Shown piece after piece: positions 37,153 through 49,203 of a stretch of DNA of 64,000 nt; the first letter of the stretch is position 1, and every line of letters begins with the position of its first letter. Location: the NCBI RefSeq assembly GCF_036365525.1, contig NC_090406.1:11092014-11156013 (forward strand), given 5' to 3'. The stretch comes from Heterodontus francisci (taxonomy: Eukaryota). The position numbers and the translations under genes were made by a program. Below the pieces are notes generated by a model. That model searched no databases. It was not told where the DNA came from and worked only from the letters and a program-made list of their open reading frames with translations.

Positions 37153-37640
37153 CAAAGGCAAAATTCTGCGGATGCTGGAAATCTGAACTATAAACAGAAA
37201 CTGCTGGAAACACTCAATAGGTCAGGCAGCATCTGTGGAGAGAAAAAATGAGTTAACGTTTCAGGTCGGTGACCTTTCATCAGAAAATGTTAGAGGTGCA
37301 ACAGGTTTTAAGCAAGTATAGAGTCAGGGAAAGGTTGTTGGGGGGGGTGGGGGGGGGGGGTGGGAAGAACAAAAGGAAAATTCTTTGATAGGGTAGAAGG
37401 CAGGAGGAATTAAATGACAAAAATGTTAATGGTGCATTGCACAAGTGGGGTGGCGATGCAACAGTGAAGGAACAAAAGGTGGGTCTAAAGGAGGAGTAAA
37501 TGACAAAAGCAGGACCACTACCAACACCCACTGTCTGGAAAAATGAGAGCAGTGGTTTTGACCTGAAATTGTTGAGCTCGATGTTGAGTCTGAAAGGCTG
37601 TATGTAAAGTGCTTTATTGAGAGATGAGATGCCGTTTCAA
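37153..37640 (-). mobile_element. Penelope-like element 3' end
   Basis: Minus-strand remnant HLIS..QP..LNIELNNF resembling the Penelope GIY-YIG C-terminus, then a pyrimidine-rich UTR, hammerhead motif and terminal CCAGCATCCGCAG. Confidence 0.8.
37251..37287 (-). ncRNA. Minimal type I hammerhead ribozyme motif (Penelope-associated)
   Basis: Minus strand CTGATGA-A-AGGTC-ACC-GACCT-GAAAC-GTT-AACT: intact CUGAUGA and GAAA core, 5-bp stem II, palindromic ACGT stem III; stem I is weak in this copy. Confidence 0.7.
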
Positions 37641-38176
37641 CACAGGATGAAATATGACGAATAGTTGGTTAGGAACTGCTACAGAAATATTATGTTACAC
37701 GTTGTGCATGATCGAAATGTTAGATAATTCCAGGGGAAAATGTTCGAGAGAAAGTATTTGCTGGCTGTATAATAACAAAACAGCAAAACCACATTCCAGG
37801 AAGTGAAGCTATTCACTTTTTGACCAGAATAAATTAATTCCATACCAAGTACAGTAGATCCAAATCATATTTTAATTTATTATCAAGTAACATGTAACAG
37901 CAGCAGAATGGGATGTTACAGCCACTCACGGAGCACTGTACGAGAGCAACAGCTAACAATAAGCAATGAGCCTTGATAGAAAGCACCATTGTGATAAACA
38001 GTCAAAATGCAGCCACTGTATAATGCATGTAAATAGTAAGTGGCTTAACATATAATCCACCGTTAGTTATTTCCTGATCTTATTTCAGCTTGCCTCTTGT
38101 CTTTGAATTAGAAAGCTGTGAACTCCCTCCAGAGCTTAAGAGCATTGTCTAAACTGACAGTTCAGTGCAGTAGGGT

Positions 38177-39412
38177 CATAGAGTCATTTACGGCACAGAA
38201 AGAGGCTATTCAGCCCATTGAGTCCATGCCAGCTCTCCATAGAGCTATCCAGTCAGGCCCACTCCCCCTCTCAATCCCCATAGCCTGCAAGTCTATTTCT
38301 TTCAAGAGGCCATCCAATTTCCTCTTGAAGTCATTGATTGTCTCCGCTTCCACCACCCTTGTGGGCAGCGAGTTCCAGGTCATTACCACCTGCTGTGTAA
38401 AAAGGTTCTTCCTCACATTTCCCCTGCGTCTCTTGCCCAAAACCCTCAATCTGTGTCCCCTAGTCCCTGTACCATTAGTTAATGGGAACAGATTTTCCTT
38501 GTCTAACTTATCTAAGCCTATTATAAAATTGTACACCTCTATTAAATCTCCCCTCAATCTACATTCTTCTAAGGAGAACAACCCCAGTTTTTCCAACCTA
38601 ACCTTGCAACTCAAATCCTACATCCTTGGAACCATTCTGGTAAATCTCCTCTGCACCATCTCAAGGACCCTCACGTCCTTCCTGAAGTGTGGTGACCAGA
38701 ACTGGACGCAGTACTCCAGTTGGGGCCTAACCAGAGCTTTCTAAAGGTTCAGCATAACTTCCCTGCTTTTGCACTCAATGCCTGTTTATAAAGCCCGAGA
38801 TCCCATATGCTTTACTAATCACTCTCTCAATATATCCCACCACCTTCAATGATCTAAGCACATGCAACCCCAGGTCCCTCCGTTCTGACAAACTGTTTAA
38901 ACTGTGCCATTAACTATATATTGCCTCTCCCTATTCCTTCTGCCAAAATATGTCATCTCACACTTGTCAATATTAAATTCCATCTGCCCCCTCTCTGCCC
39001 ATTCTGCTAGTCTTGTTGCAGGCGGTTCATATCATCCTCACTCTTTGCCACACCTTCAAGTTTGGTGTCATTGGCAAATTTTGAGATTCTACTATGTATT
39101 CCAAGTTCCAAGTCATTTACATGTAGCAAAAAGAGCAGTGGTTTCAGCACTGACCCTTGCAGAACACCACTGTCTACCATCCTCCAGTCTGAAAAACAAC
39201 TTTTTACTATGACTTGCTGTTTTCTGTCTTTAAGCCAATTTTTTTTATCCAATTGGACACTGAGCCTCCTATTCACTGAGCCTCAATTTTGTTAACCAGC
39301 CTTTTATATCGTACCTTATCAAACACTTTCATAAAATCCATATAAACAACATCCATTGCATTCCCTTCATCAACCTTCTCTGTTACTTCATTAAAAAATT
39401 GAATTAGATTAG
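38177..39412 (-). mobile_element. CR1 LINE RT region and 3' end, with internal deletions
   Basis: TNLIQFFNEVT..DVVYMDF; SGVLQGSVL..SKFANDTKL; RLEKLGLFSLE..RGDLIEVY. Confidence 0.9.
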
Positions 39413-39469
39413 TACTGAGAGAGTGGTGGACAGTCGCTGATGTTAGACAGAATCTTACCTCATTTGAAG

Positions 39470-40096
39470 ATTTTCTGAGGTCAGGTCCAAAAGTGGGTCC
39501 CGAGCCCGCTAATGATACCTGGCCGCCCACCTGTGCGATCACACCGGAGGTGGCCAAATAAGGTGGCTGCTTCCGGGAGCGCAGTCCAATGGGAGGGCCC
39601 ACAGCATTGCCCTGAGGGCAGCTCCACCCTCGAAAGATGTGTAAAATTATTTGTGGCCACAACTGCCTAGCCATCATTGTGAAGGAGGACTCCCCCTCCT
39701 CAGGATGGTCTGCAGTTGCAGCAGTGGCCCATTGGCAGAAGCCACTCCAGGAGAGGTGGGGGGGAGAAATAAAGGAGGCCTCAACTGACAACCCCCCACC
39801 CCTGCCTGCCACCAGGAGGCCACCTCCAGGGACCTGTGGGGCTTTGCCCACAGCGTGGGCCCGTCTGTTGCCGGTAAAATCCTGTGGTGTCCCAATCTGG
39901 CCCCAAGTGGCCAGTTAATTGTCACTAATAGGCGACCTGCCGCTGCAGGCCGGGTAGCTGCTTCCATTACTCACCCACCTTCGGCAAGATCACCCGGCGG
40001 CAGGAACGCATCGGCCCACCAACCCGACGGTGACCTTTCGGATTTCCCTCCCGGTCCCACCTCCAGACCCACCTCTGTTTTTATCAAGATTCCACC
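39470..40096. mobile_element. Harbinger-type MITE remnant
   Basis: GC-rich, with family motifs (CCCGCCCAC, TTAATTG) and right end AAGATTCCACC; left TIR not found. Confidence 0.5.
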
Positions 40097-41589
40097 GTCA
40101 TCTTTTGTCGTTAAACAGAGACCCCTTCAACAGTTCAAAAAGGTGTTAAAAATTCCACTATACTTTTTCGAAGAAGATCAGGGAGTTCTCCTCGTGCCCT
40201 GATCAACTTTCATCCCTCAGTCAAGAGCATCAAAACAGAATGATGAGTTAGTCATCTTGTTGCCCATGGGATCTTCGAATGTGCAAATTAATTTTTGTGT
40301 TCTGTCTACAAGTCAATAGTAACTAGTCTTCTAAAGTAATTAATTGGCTGCGAGTACTTTTGGAGGCCATGAAAGACACTATAGAATTAATTAATTAACT
40401 TTATTTCCAAATTACTATGATTTTTTCACCCACAATTTTCTCCTCTCTTCCTTTATGGCTTTTGGTAGCTCTCCCAAGTGGCCATTCTTCACTTGTGACC
40501 CTAGACAGTGATTTCCAGCAAGCTATTCCACTTCAGAGGACCAATCACAACTCAGCCTGACCCTGTCCTCACCAAACATCCATGTTCCTGCAAAGTTCAC
40601 TGAGTAGCCAATGGTGGAGCGATGAAAATCAGGGATACACTAGAAGCCGGAATCGAAGAAATACGGGGATCTCGGATAGTTGTAGATTTGGAGGAGATCC
40701 CAGAGATAGGGAGGTGCAAAACCATGGAAGGATTTAAAAACAAGTATGAGAATTTTAAAATTTACATGTTGCTGGATTTACAGAGCTGAGCCAGCTTTGA
40801 AGATTAATCAGAGCATGTATTTCATGGTTCCCTCTTATAAAGGTTAACACAGGTGAAGTGCTATCCTTACTATTTTCTGAAGAAAAGAATGAAGTTGGGA
40901 ACTACTGTAAATCTATTGTTTTTACTTAATCCTATTTATTTACCTGGTTACTTACATTTGAAACAAATCTGATTATCAGTTTAAAACCTAATTTACATCT
41001 GTCAATCTGTCCATTGAAAGCTTGAAACTGTCATAGCAGCCCATGATAGGATGGGAGTAAGCTCATGTGGAGCATAAACACTGGCATGGGCAAGTTATGC
41101 CAAATGGCCTGTTTCTGTGCTGTAATTTCTATGTAATTTTATGTAAGTAACTCTAGCAATCAGGAGTGGAAGGCAGTGCTGAATTTTCCACTTCCTAACA
41201 CAGAGGCGCCAAAGCCAATTGCTTCATCACCACTTTCTCCCCAGCTGGGAGAAGCTAATGCGGCCCAGACTGTGGAATTGAACCCAAGGCCTCACTGGTC
41301 TGTATGATTCATATACCTCATCGGGCAGTGCTCTTACTAACTGAGACACCAGGGTAGCAATTAATGCAATTTTAGCCCAAGTTATTGAGGAGTGCGTAAA
41401 TGTCTTGCCACAAGTTTGTATTCAGTTGATCAGGAACATTCACTTGGCCAGTCTTAACATCATGAGTCATGACTAAGTCCAGCTTCCAGGAATGAGATCT
41501 TCATTTAAACAATATTCAAAATGTTCTACAAAAATAAGGGGAAATTAAGGAAGGAAACTAATTTTGAAGTTAGTCTGAATGATTTACAT

Positions 41590-41925
41590 TTACATAGAAT
41601 TACATGAAACAAGCTATTTGGCTCAATGATCTATACCAGTGTTTATAATTTACATGAGCCTCCTCCCATTCCACTTCATCCAACCCTATCAGGATATCCT
41701 CCTATTCCTTTCTCCCACATGTACTTATCTAGCTTCAACTTATATACATCTATGCTAATCACCTTAACTACTCCTTGTGGTAGTTAGTTCCACATTCTAC
41801 CCACTCTCTGGGCAAAGATGTTTCTTCTGAATTCCCTTTGGATTTATTATTGACTATTTTATATTTACGGCCCCTAGTTTTGGTCATCCCCTCAAGTAAA
41901 AACATCTCTACATCCACCCTATCAT
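41590..41925 (-). mobile_element. CR1 3' fragment
   Basis: Collinear with 21355-21650 (GTTCCACATTCTA..TGAATTCCCT..GCCCCTAGTTTT). Confidence 0.75.
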
Positions 41926-42256
41926 AATCTTGGTTGCAGTGCTAATCATGGGATATAATCTCTCAACCAAAGCCACAAAAAAACCCGGATTCATCTGTTT
42001 CTGTTCTGTGGGTCCTCATACTGTGTTTGCTGACTTAGCAGTTCACTGCACTCAAAAATATTTAATTGTGTGAAGTGTTTTGAGCTATTTTGACAACCTG
42101 AGAATGTGCTATTTTAATAAATGACCAATTATGTTTCGAAGAGGGAAACAAGTGTCACAAACCAACTTCAGAAGTGGAAAAGTTAAGGTCCAGGATAGAT
42201 TGAAGAAAATTCTTCACCATAGGAGTCTCAGTGAAGAAATAGCATTTCAGTTGTCT

Positions 42257-42405
42257 AGAATCATAGAAAAATAGGAGCAGGAGTAGGCCATTCGGCCCTT
42301 CGAACCTGCTCTGACGTGCAATACGATCATGGCTGATCATCCAAACTCAGTACCCTGTTCCCGCTTTCTTCCCATATCCCTTGATCCCTTTAGCCCTAAG
42401 AACTA
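42257..42405 (-). mobile_element. CR1 3' terminus
   Basis: TAGAATCATAGAAAAATAGGAGCAGGAGTAGGCCATTCGGCCC. Confidence 0.8.
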
Positions 42406-42839
42406 TAATAGAAACATAGAATGTGCCTGATGACTTTTCAATGTCTAGGATGTGACTGAGACAACCTGTGGGGTTCAATACCATTGATTGTGCTGGACAG
42501 TGGTTTTACATGGAATTCCATTGCATGGGAAAAAGAAACAGCTTCCCAACATGCCCACAGCCCACCATGACACCCCCCCCCCCACCCCCAACTCCAGCCC
42601 CAACCCCTATCCCTCCACCATGGTCTAGTAGCTGACGGAAACTTCTAGTGCAGTACTGAGCTGTATAGACAGGTGGGCACAGGTTTCAACCACAGTCCAT
42701 AGTAAGTTAACTGACTCAGGCTGGGTCAACAATTATCCTCAGAACCCATGGTCTGGTAGGCAGAAGTTTAGTTGGGGCTTCTGCTCTTGACCATTATACA
42801 GTGACTTCTACTCACACGTGAATACCAGGTGAAGACATG

Positions 42840-43539
42840 GCGGTGGGGAAGGGGGGGATTTTTATGCTCTCCTGTGTGGTGGATTTGGAGCTGGGGAGAG
42901 CATAATATTGGGTGGGATGGTGGCGGGGGTTTCCCACCACCACCATGCCGCGTCCGCCAAAATTTAGTCCGGGGCAGGAAAGCCTGTGAACGGCCTTCCT
43001 GCCCTGCCGCCAATTGAGGCCTTTAACTGAACAATTGACCCCCAATTAAAGGTGTCGTCCCTCCACAGCCGCAATTAGCCATGCAGTGGGCAGCTTTGTT
43101 GCTTCACGGGAAGCACAGCAGGAAAAACTGTGTGGGCTGCTTCTCGGCTCTGGGGGGGGGGGCGCGGATTGGGGGGGGTTGCTTATTAAAAGGCACTTTG
43201 TGCCTGAATGAGGGATCTGGCATTGGGAAGGGAGTTCCACTGAGAGCCACCCCTGCTGCCCTTGCTGCCGACACCCCCCTCCTCCCCTCCCCCGCAACCC
43301 CCACCCAGCAAGACCCCTCCCGCCCTGACCTACCTGTAGCCTGAGTCCAGCGATGCTCCTCGTCCTCAGGTTGGTGTTCCTCCCAGCCAGAGACTTGCCA
43401 CTGCCCACTTAAGTGCCTGATTGGCACTCGATTCGGCAGGCCTTCTGGAGAAGAGGTGACGCGGGGATCTCGGCGTCGCTTTTTCTGGACATTGAGACCC
43501 CCCTCCCCCCACCCCCGTTCCCAGAATAAAATCCCAGCC
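42840..43539. mobile_element. PIF/Harbinger-type MITE (4324 family)
   Basis: GGATTTTTATGCTCTCC..AATAAAATCCCAGCC, collinear with 4324-5036; ATG on both flanks; interrupts an old SINE. Confidence 0.75.
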
Positions 43540-43939
43540 ATGGTTGTGTTGAAGCTCCATGGTTGACTGGTCTACTGAGACTCATGTTTGAAGACTAGTC
43601 ACTTTTGCCAGGCACTGGGGCTGCGAGAAGCTATACCCTAGCAATAGTCAGTGCCTTCACAACATGAGACGAGAAAGTAAAAAAAAAACACATGAAAATA
43701 AAATTATAGATGAGATCCAGATTCCTGTTAAAATTAATGGGAACTGAAACCTTGAAAATAGCAGTGCGCAAGAGGCTAGATAACATCATCAGAATGCCAC
43801 AAACAAATTGTAGAAAGTATGAATCATTCCCTGACTTTCCAGGGCCCCAAATGGGCTGTAAATTAGATATATAATTGTTACAAAGAGTATTTTTTCTTTA
43901 AAAAAAATCCACTTGAGGATACTTAAAGCTTCAGGGACT

Positions 43940-44200
43940 TGGTAGCCCTGTGGATTATAGTACTGAGCTCATAACCCATGGCAAGTTGTGAAAGTAAATT
44001 CAATACTAGTTCTAATACTAGAAAACACTATGGAACCTGCTAACTTGTTAAAAAAAATCCACCTGGTTTATCAATAACCTGCCCTCCCACCCAGTCTGGC
44101 CAACATTTGACTCCAACATTACAATATGTGGTTGACTCTTAATTACTTCAGGGCAATGAGTGATAGGTAATGAATACTGTTACCCACATCTCAAGAATTA
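43940..44200 (+). mobile_element. tRNA-derived SINE (16590 family), decayed
   Basis: GTCTGGCC..GACTCCA..ATGTGGTTGACTCTTAA..GGGCAATGAGTGATAGG..CCCACATC tail. Confidence 0.6.
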
Positions 44201-44934
44201 ATCGTAACCGATTTGCCAGAATGGAAATTAAAAATAAAAATGAGCTGAGAAAAGCGACTTCATTTTCAGAGGAAAGAATGAACAAGTCATTTGGCTTTTC
44301 CTTTTTCAGTTCTTTCTCAGGAAGCGGGCATTTCATTGCCCACTCCTAGTTGATCATCCGAGCCCACCCCAGACCATCCAGAGAAAGTGAGTGGTAGGCT
44401 TTTTCCTTGATCGGCTTTACTCTTTGATTGGAAAGAGAAAGATGGGTGGAGATGTCAGGTGGGATCCCTTCATCACAGTTTTGTTGTGTGCTTCCAACAT
44501 AATGGTTCACTTGAAGGACATCACCTCTAACGGGGTGTAGCACTCCCTCAATACGGATGAGTACTTGTCTCAGAGTCAGCCTAGATTACATGCTGAAGTC
44601 CTGGAGGAGGGCTTGAAGCAGAGATAAGAGCGTGGCTAACCAAGGCAAGGTGGAAAGGTGAATATAAAGTTGCCTAGAGCATGTGACACTGCTCAAATGT
44701 CAGGATGATGCAATCCATTAGAAGTCATTGATCCAGGAACTGTACTGGATGACACCATGACCTTACCTCATCTAAACCAATGATGGGGTGATACTAGATG
44801 GGATAAGTCACATCTATTTTCTTGCTTGCAAGCGGAGTTTTTGGGGAGGTAGACACCTGTTCTATTTTACCTCTTCAAGTCCTGTTGCCACAACATTTTT
44901 TTTATTACATTGATCGGCCGGTTGCCTCAGCCTT

Positions 44935-45360
44935 TATTATTTGTTCATGGGATGTGGGCGTCGCTGGCAAGGCCAACATTTATCACCCGTCCCTAATTGC
45001 CCTTGAGAAATTTGGCAATGTGTCTCCTTCTTGAACCGCTGCAGTCCATGTGGTGAACGCACTTCCACAGTGCTGTTAGATATGGAGTTTTAGAATTTTG
45101 ACCCAGGGACGGTGAAGGAACGGCGATATATTTCCAAGTCAGGATGGTGTGTAACTTGAAGGGGAACCTGCTGTGAGCAGTGTTCCCATGCATCTTCTGC
45201 CCCGTATCCTCACCTAGCTGCCCTCGTGCTTCTAGGTGGTAGAGGTCGCGGGTTTGGGAGGTGCTGTTGAAGAAGCCTTGGTGTGTTGCTGCAGTGTATC
45301 TTGTAGATGGTACACACTGCTGCCACTGGGCACCAATGGTGGAGGGAGTGAATGTTTAAG
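44935..45360 (-). mobile_element. CR1-group (Crack/Daphne-like) LINE 3' end
   Basis: Reverse complement of 7646-8020. Confidence 0.8.
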
Positions 45361-45874
45361 GTCTCTGATAGGCCAGTTTCTCTTGACTGCCCATCTGTAC
45401 TCCCAAGTCTCTGGATTCAGATTCATATTGTCTCAATAAGAGACTTGTTGTCTAATATATTGAGGAATGTGTACACTTACTTTAGACAGAAGCAGTTTTG
45501 TCAATAAATAGTTCCGCCAAACTTCCATAAATTAAAGTGGGGGGTTTTATTTTGATTTATTAAATTAACATTTGTTTACTTGCTCTGTGTGTATTAGCCA
45601 TCTTTTTTTAACTAAGAACAGCATATTCATTGTTTATTTAGTACTTCCCCACCCTTTTCATTAATTTTCTGCTCTCCTAGAGTTCTATGAATGCTAGAGA
45701 GCCTTTCAGTGTCTTGCCCAAGTGACCATTTTTTATGTGGCAGCCGAGAGATTAAATGCCAGCAGGCTATTTGACAGCATGGAGCATCACAACAAACAGC
45801 CGTCCTACTCTTGCCTCACATCCACCACTCGTGTTTTCCCAGTGTAGGTAACTGAGGAGGGGAGAAACATCATA

Positions 45875-46140
45875 TAATCATAGATTGATCCAGCATAGGA
45901 GGCCACTCTGCCCAATGTATCTGTGCCAGCCCTTTGTAAGAGCTATCCAATTAGTCCCACTCCCCCTGCGCTTTCTTCACAGCCCAGGAAATGGCCTTTT
46001 CAAGTACTCCAATTCTCTTTTGAAAGTTGCTATTGAATCTGCTTGCGTCACCCTTCAGTGTGATCCAGATCATAATAATTAGCTGCGTAAAATTTTTTTC
46101 CTTATATCGCCACTGGTGCTTTTGTTAATCACCTTAAATG
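45875..46140 (-). mobile_element. CR1 3' fragment
   Basis: ATCATATAATCATAG tail; AGAGCTATCCAATTAGTCCCACTCCCC; ATTGAATCTGCTT. Confidence 0.75.
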
Positions 46141-47131
46141 CTGTGGCAGGTCAGAGGTTGGGAATTCTGCAGCGAGTAATTCACCTCCTGACTCCCCAAA
46201 GCCTATCCACCATCTACAAGGCACAAGTCGGGAGTGTGATGTAGAGCATGGCTACCTGACCCAAACCCAACCGGGCTCGACGACATGTGTCGGGTTCGGG
46301 TCGGGTCGGGTCGCTCTTCCGGGTCCGGCATTCGGGCTCGGGTCGGGGCGGGTGGGTCGGACACAGTGACAGCCAGGACGTCAAGTCAGGAAATGTGCAT
46401 CCGGACTCCTCACTAGTCTGCAGTGAGCGATTCCATCCAAGGTAGAGCACAACCTCTTTAATATAATCAACTTCATTCCAGTGGTCGGATCGGGTCGGGT
46501 CAAGTCGGGCGCGGGGAAAAATCAAAGGACTAGGGCCGGGTCGGGCTCGGGTCAGATGTGGTTCTGTTGGGCTTGGGTCGGATTTCAAATGCAGACCCGA
46601 ACAGGCCTTTAGTGTGATGGAATACTCTCCACTTGCCTGGATGGGTGCAGCTCCAACAGCACTCAAGAAGCTCTACACCATCCAGGACAAAGCAGCCCGC
46701 TTGATTGGCACCCCATCCACCACCTTCAACATTTACTCCCTCCATCAATGACGCACAGTGGCAGCAATGTGTATCATCTACAAGATGTACTACAGTAACT
46801 CACTAAGGCTCCTTCGACAGCACCTTCCAAACCTGTGACCTCTACTACCTAGAAAGACAAAGGCAGTAGATGCATGGGAGCCCCACCGCCTGCAGGTTCC
46901 CCTCCAAGTCACACACCATCCTGACTTGGAACTATATCGCCGTTCCTTCACTGCCGCTGGGTCAAAATCCTGGAACTCCCTTCCTAACAGCACTGTTGAT
47001 GTACCCACCCCACATGGACAGCAGCGGTTCAAGAAGGCGACTCACCACCATCTTCTCAAGGACAAATAGGGATCGGTCAATAAATGCTGGCCTAGCCAGC
47101 GATGTCCACATCCCATGAACAAATTAAAAAA
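46141..47131 (+). mobile_element. CR1-group (Crack/Daphne-like) LINE interrupted by a hAT MITE
   Basis: TIYKAQVGSVM|EYSPLAWMGAAP is restored after removing 46242-46619; tail CCACATCCCATGAACAAATTAAAAA. Confidence 0.85.
46242..46611. mobile_element. Non-autonomous hAT element
   Basis: Perfect 8-bp TSD GTGTGATG (46234-46241, 46612-46619); imperfect TIR TAGAGCATG / CAGGCCTTTA; many subterminal TCGGG/CCCGA repeats. Confidence 0.85.
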
Positions 47132-47358
47132 TTGATAAACATGTACTACACCTCTCTTTAACCCGGGGCCGCTGGGGTCAAATGCAACATCTCAATCTGG
47201 CATCTCAGTGGAGCTTGGTTGACTCAGCACACAACAGGAATTGACCCTCGGACTCTCTCATTCTGTGTGGCTCAGTTGTGTCCTGGATAAACTAACTGAG
47301 AGAGGCAGGATGTAACTGGAAACAGGAAGACTAATGATCATTCGCATCATTCACCTAC

Positions 47359-48183
47359 TTTCTTTGGCCTCCTTATCTCGAGAGACAATGGATAAGCGCC
47401 TGGAGGTGGTCAGTGATGTGTGGAGCAGCGCCTGGAGTGGCTATAAAGGCCAATTCTAGAGTGACAGGCTCTTCCACAGGTGCTGCAGAAAAATTTGTTT
47501 GTTGGGGCTGTTACACAGTTGGCTCTCCCCTTGCGCATCTGTCTTTTTTCCTGCCAACTGCTCAGTCTCTTCGACTCGCCACACTTTAGCCCCGCCTTTA
47601 TGGCTGCCCGCCAGCTCTAGCTAACGCTGGCAACTGACTCCCACGACTTGTGATCAATGTCACAGGACTTCATGTCGCGTTTGCAGACGTCTTTAAAGTG
47701 GAGACATGGACGGCCGGTGGGTCTGATACCAGTGGCGAGCTCGCTGTACAATGTGTCTTTGGGGATCCTGCCATCTTCCATGCAGCTCACATGGCCAAGC
47801 CATCTCAAGCGTCGCTGACTCAGTAGTGTGTACAAGCTGGGGATGTTAGCCGCTTCGAGGACTTCTGTGTTGGAGATATGGTCCTGCCACCTGATGCCAA
47901 GTATTCTCCAGAGGCAGCGAAGATGGAATGAATTGAGACGTCGCTCTTGGCTGACATACGTTGTCCAGGCCTCGCTGCCATAGAGCAAGGTACTGAGGAC
48001 CTTGCTTGATACACTCGGACTTTTGTGTTCCGTGTCAGTGCGCCATTTTCCCACACTCTCTTGGCCAGTCTGGACATAGCAGTGGAAGCCTTTCCCATGC
48101 GCTTGTTGATTTCTGCATCTAGAGACAGGTTACTGGTGATAGTTGAGCCGACGTAGGTGAACTCTTGAACCACTTCCAGAGCC
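47359..48183 (-). mobile_element. RTE-clade LINE, 5'-truncated, more diverged subfamily
   Basis: VVQEFTYVGSTITSNLSLDAEINKRMGKAS..LLYGSEAW..; frameshift near 48000 and a stop near 47617; ACCTAC on both flanks. Confidence 0.9.
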
Positions 48184-48534
48184 TACCTACAAATAAAATA
48201 AGCTGGTAGAATACTCATTAATGCAGTGATTACATATGGAATACAACAATCCAGTACATGAGTTCAAAGTAATAGCCTGATGCTTTGACAGAGTTAACAG
48301 CAGTGTAACTTCAGATTCTTTCAAGTTTTCTCAGAAAGTATATCTTTCATTTTTTATTAACAAATTGAGTCCCTGCTATTCCACCCCTTGGGGCTTCACC
48401 AACGGGGGACATCTTTTAAAAACGGGTTGTTGTTTAGCAAATCACAGGAAACTTGCAGTCCGAGGGTAAGGCTCCCTATTGGCGGTGCCGATTCCTAAAA
48501 GTACCCTGAACAAAATTTGCTGATTTGATCCTGA

Positions 48535-48674
48535 CTCGTTCAAATGAAAGGTCATCGGCCTGAAACGTTAACTCTGTTTCCCTCTCCACAAATGCAGTCT
48601 GGCCTGCTGAATGTAGCCAGCATTTTCCGATTTTATTTCAGATTTCCAGTATCCTTGCAGTATTTTTGCTTTTG
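48535..48674 (+). mobile_element. Penelope-like terminal fragment
   Basis: CAAATGAAAGGTCATCGGCCTGAAACGTTAACTCTG (mutated hammerhead core) plus family tail. Confidence 0.8.
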
Positions 48675-49203
48675 ACCAGTTGTTTACTTCCTTTTGTTTG
48701 GTAAGAGTGAGGGAGGGCAGGGGTGGATTTTGCCACTGGGGTTATTTCAATCCCACAAATTTTCGCAATTTATTCCGAGTCCAGTGGACAGGCTGTTCCT
48801 GATTAGCAATAACATTCGTCACTATTATATAAATGGTACAGAATTGTTACTGAAATCACACAGGGTTATGGCCTCAGTAAATCTCAGTGGACTTAGTAAA
48901 TCAGGGGAAGGGATGTTCAGATCTCAATTGGGCCCTCAATAAACTCCTTGGAATCTTCCTGGAGGAGTAAACAAAACTGTCACTCAGGTCGATTTACTGA
49001 AACCCTGAGCTATCATTGAACTAGCTCTGCTGTCGACTGAAGCATTTGTGCTACATTAAGCTGTATCTATTAGGCACCTGAGAGATTGGATTCTCTGCGC
49101 TGTCTTTCCATGTTTGCACTGCTGAATCTTGGCTCACTTATTCCAGGCGAGACTTCTAGCTCGGCTTTATATCTAACACTATGATAAGAACAGGGGGATA
49201 TAT

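Noticed and set aside
38118-38744. 208-aa plus-strand ORF
   Set aside because: Antisense frame of CR1 ORF2.
39273-39851. 192-aa ORF fusing novel sequence to RT motifs
   Set aside because: Chance read-through from a GC-rich MITE into a truncated CR1.
44241-44312. Pre-miRNA-like hairpin
   Set aside because: Pairing needs several large bulges in low-complexity sequence; no known mature miRNA recognised.
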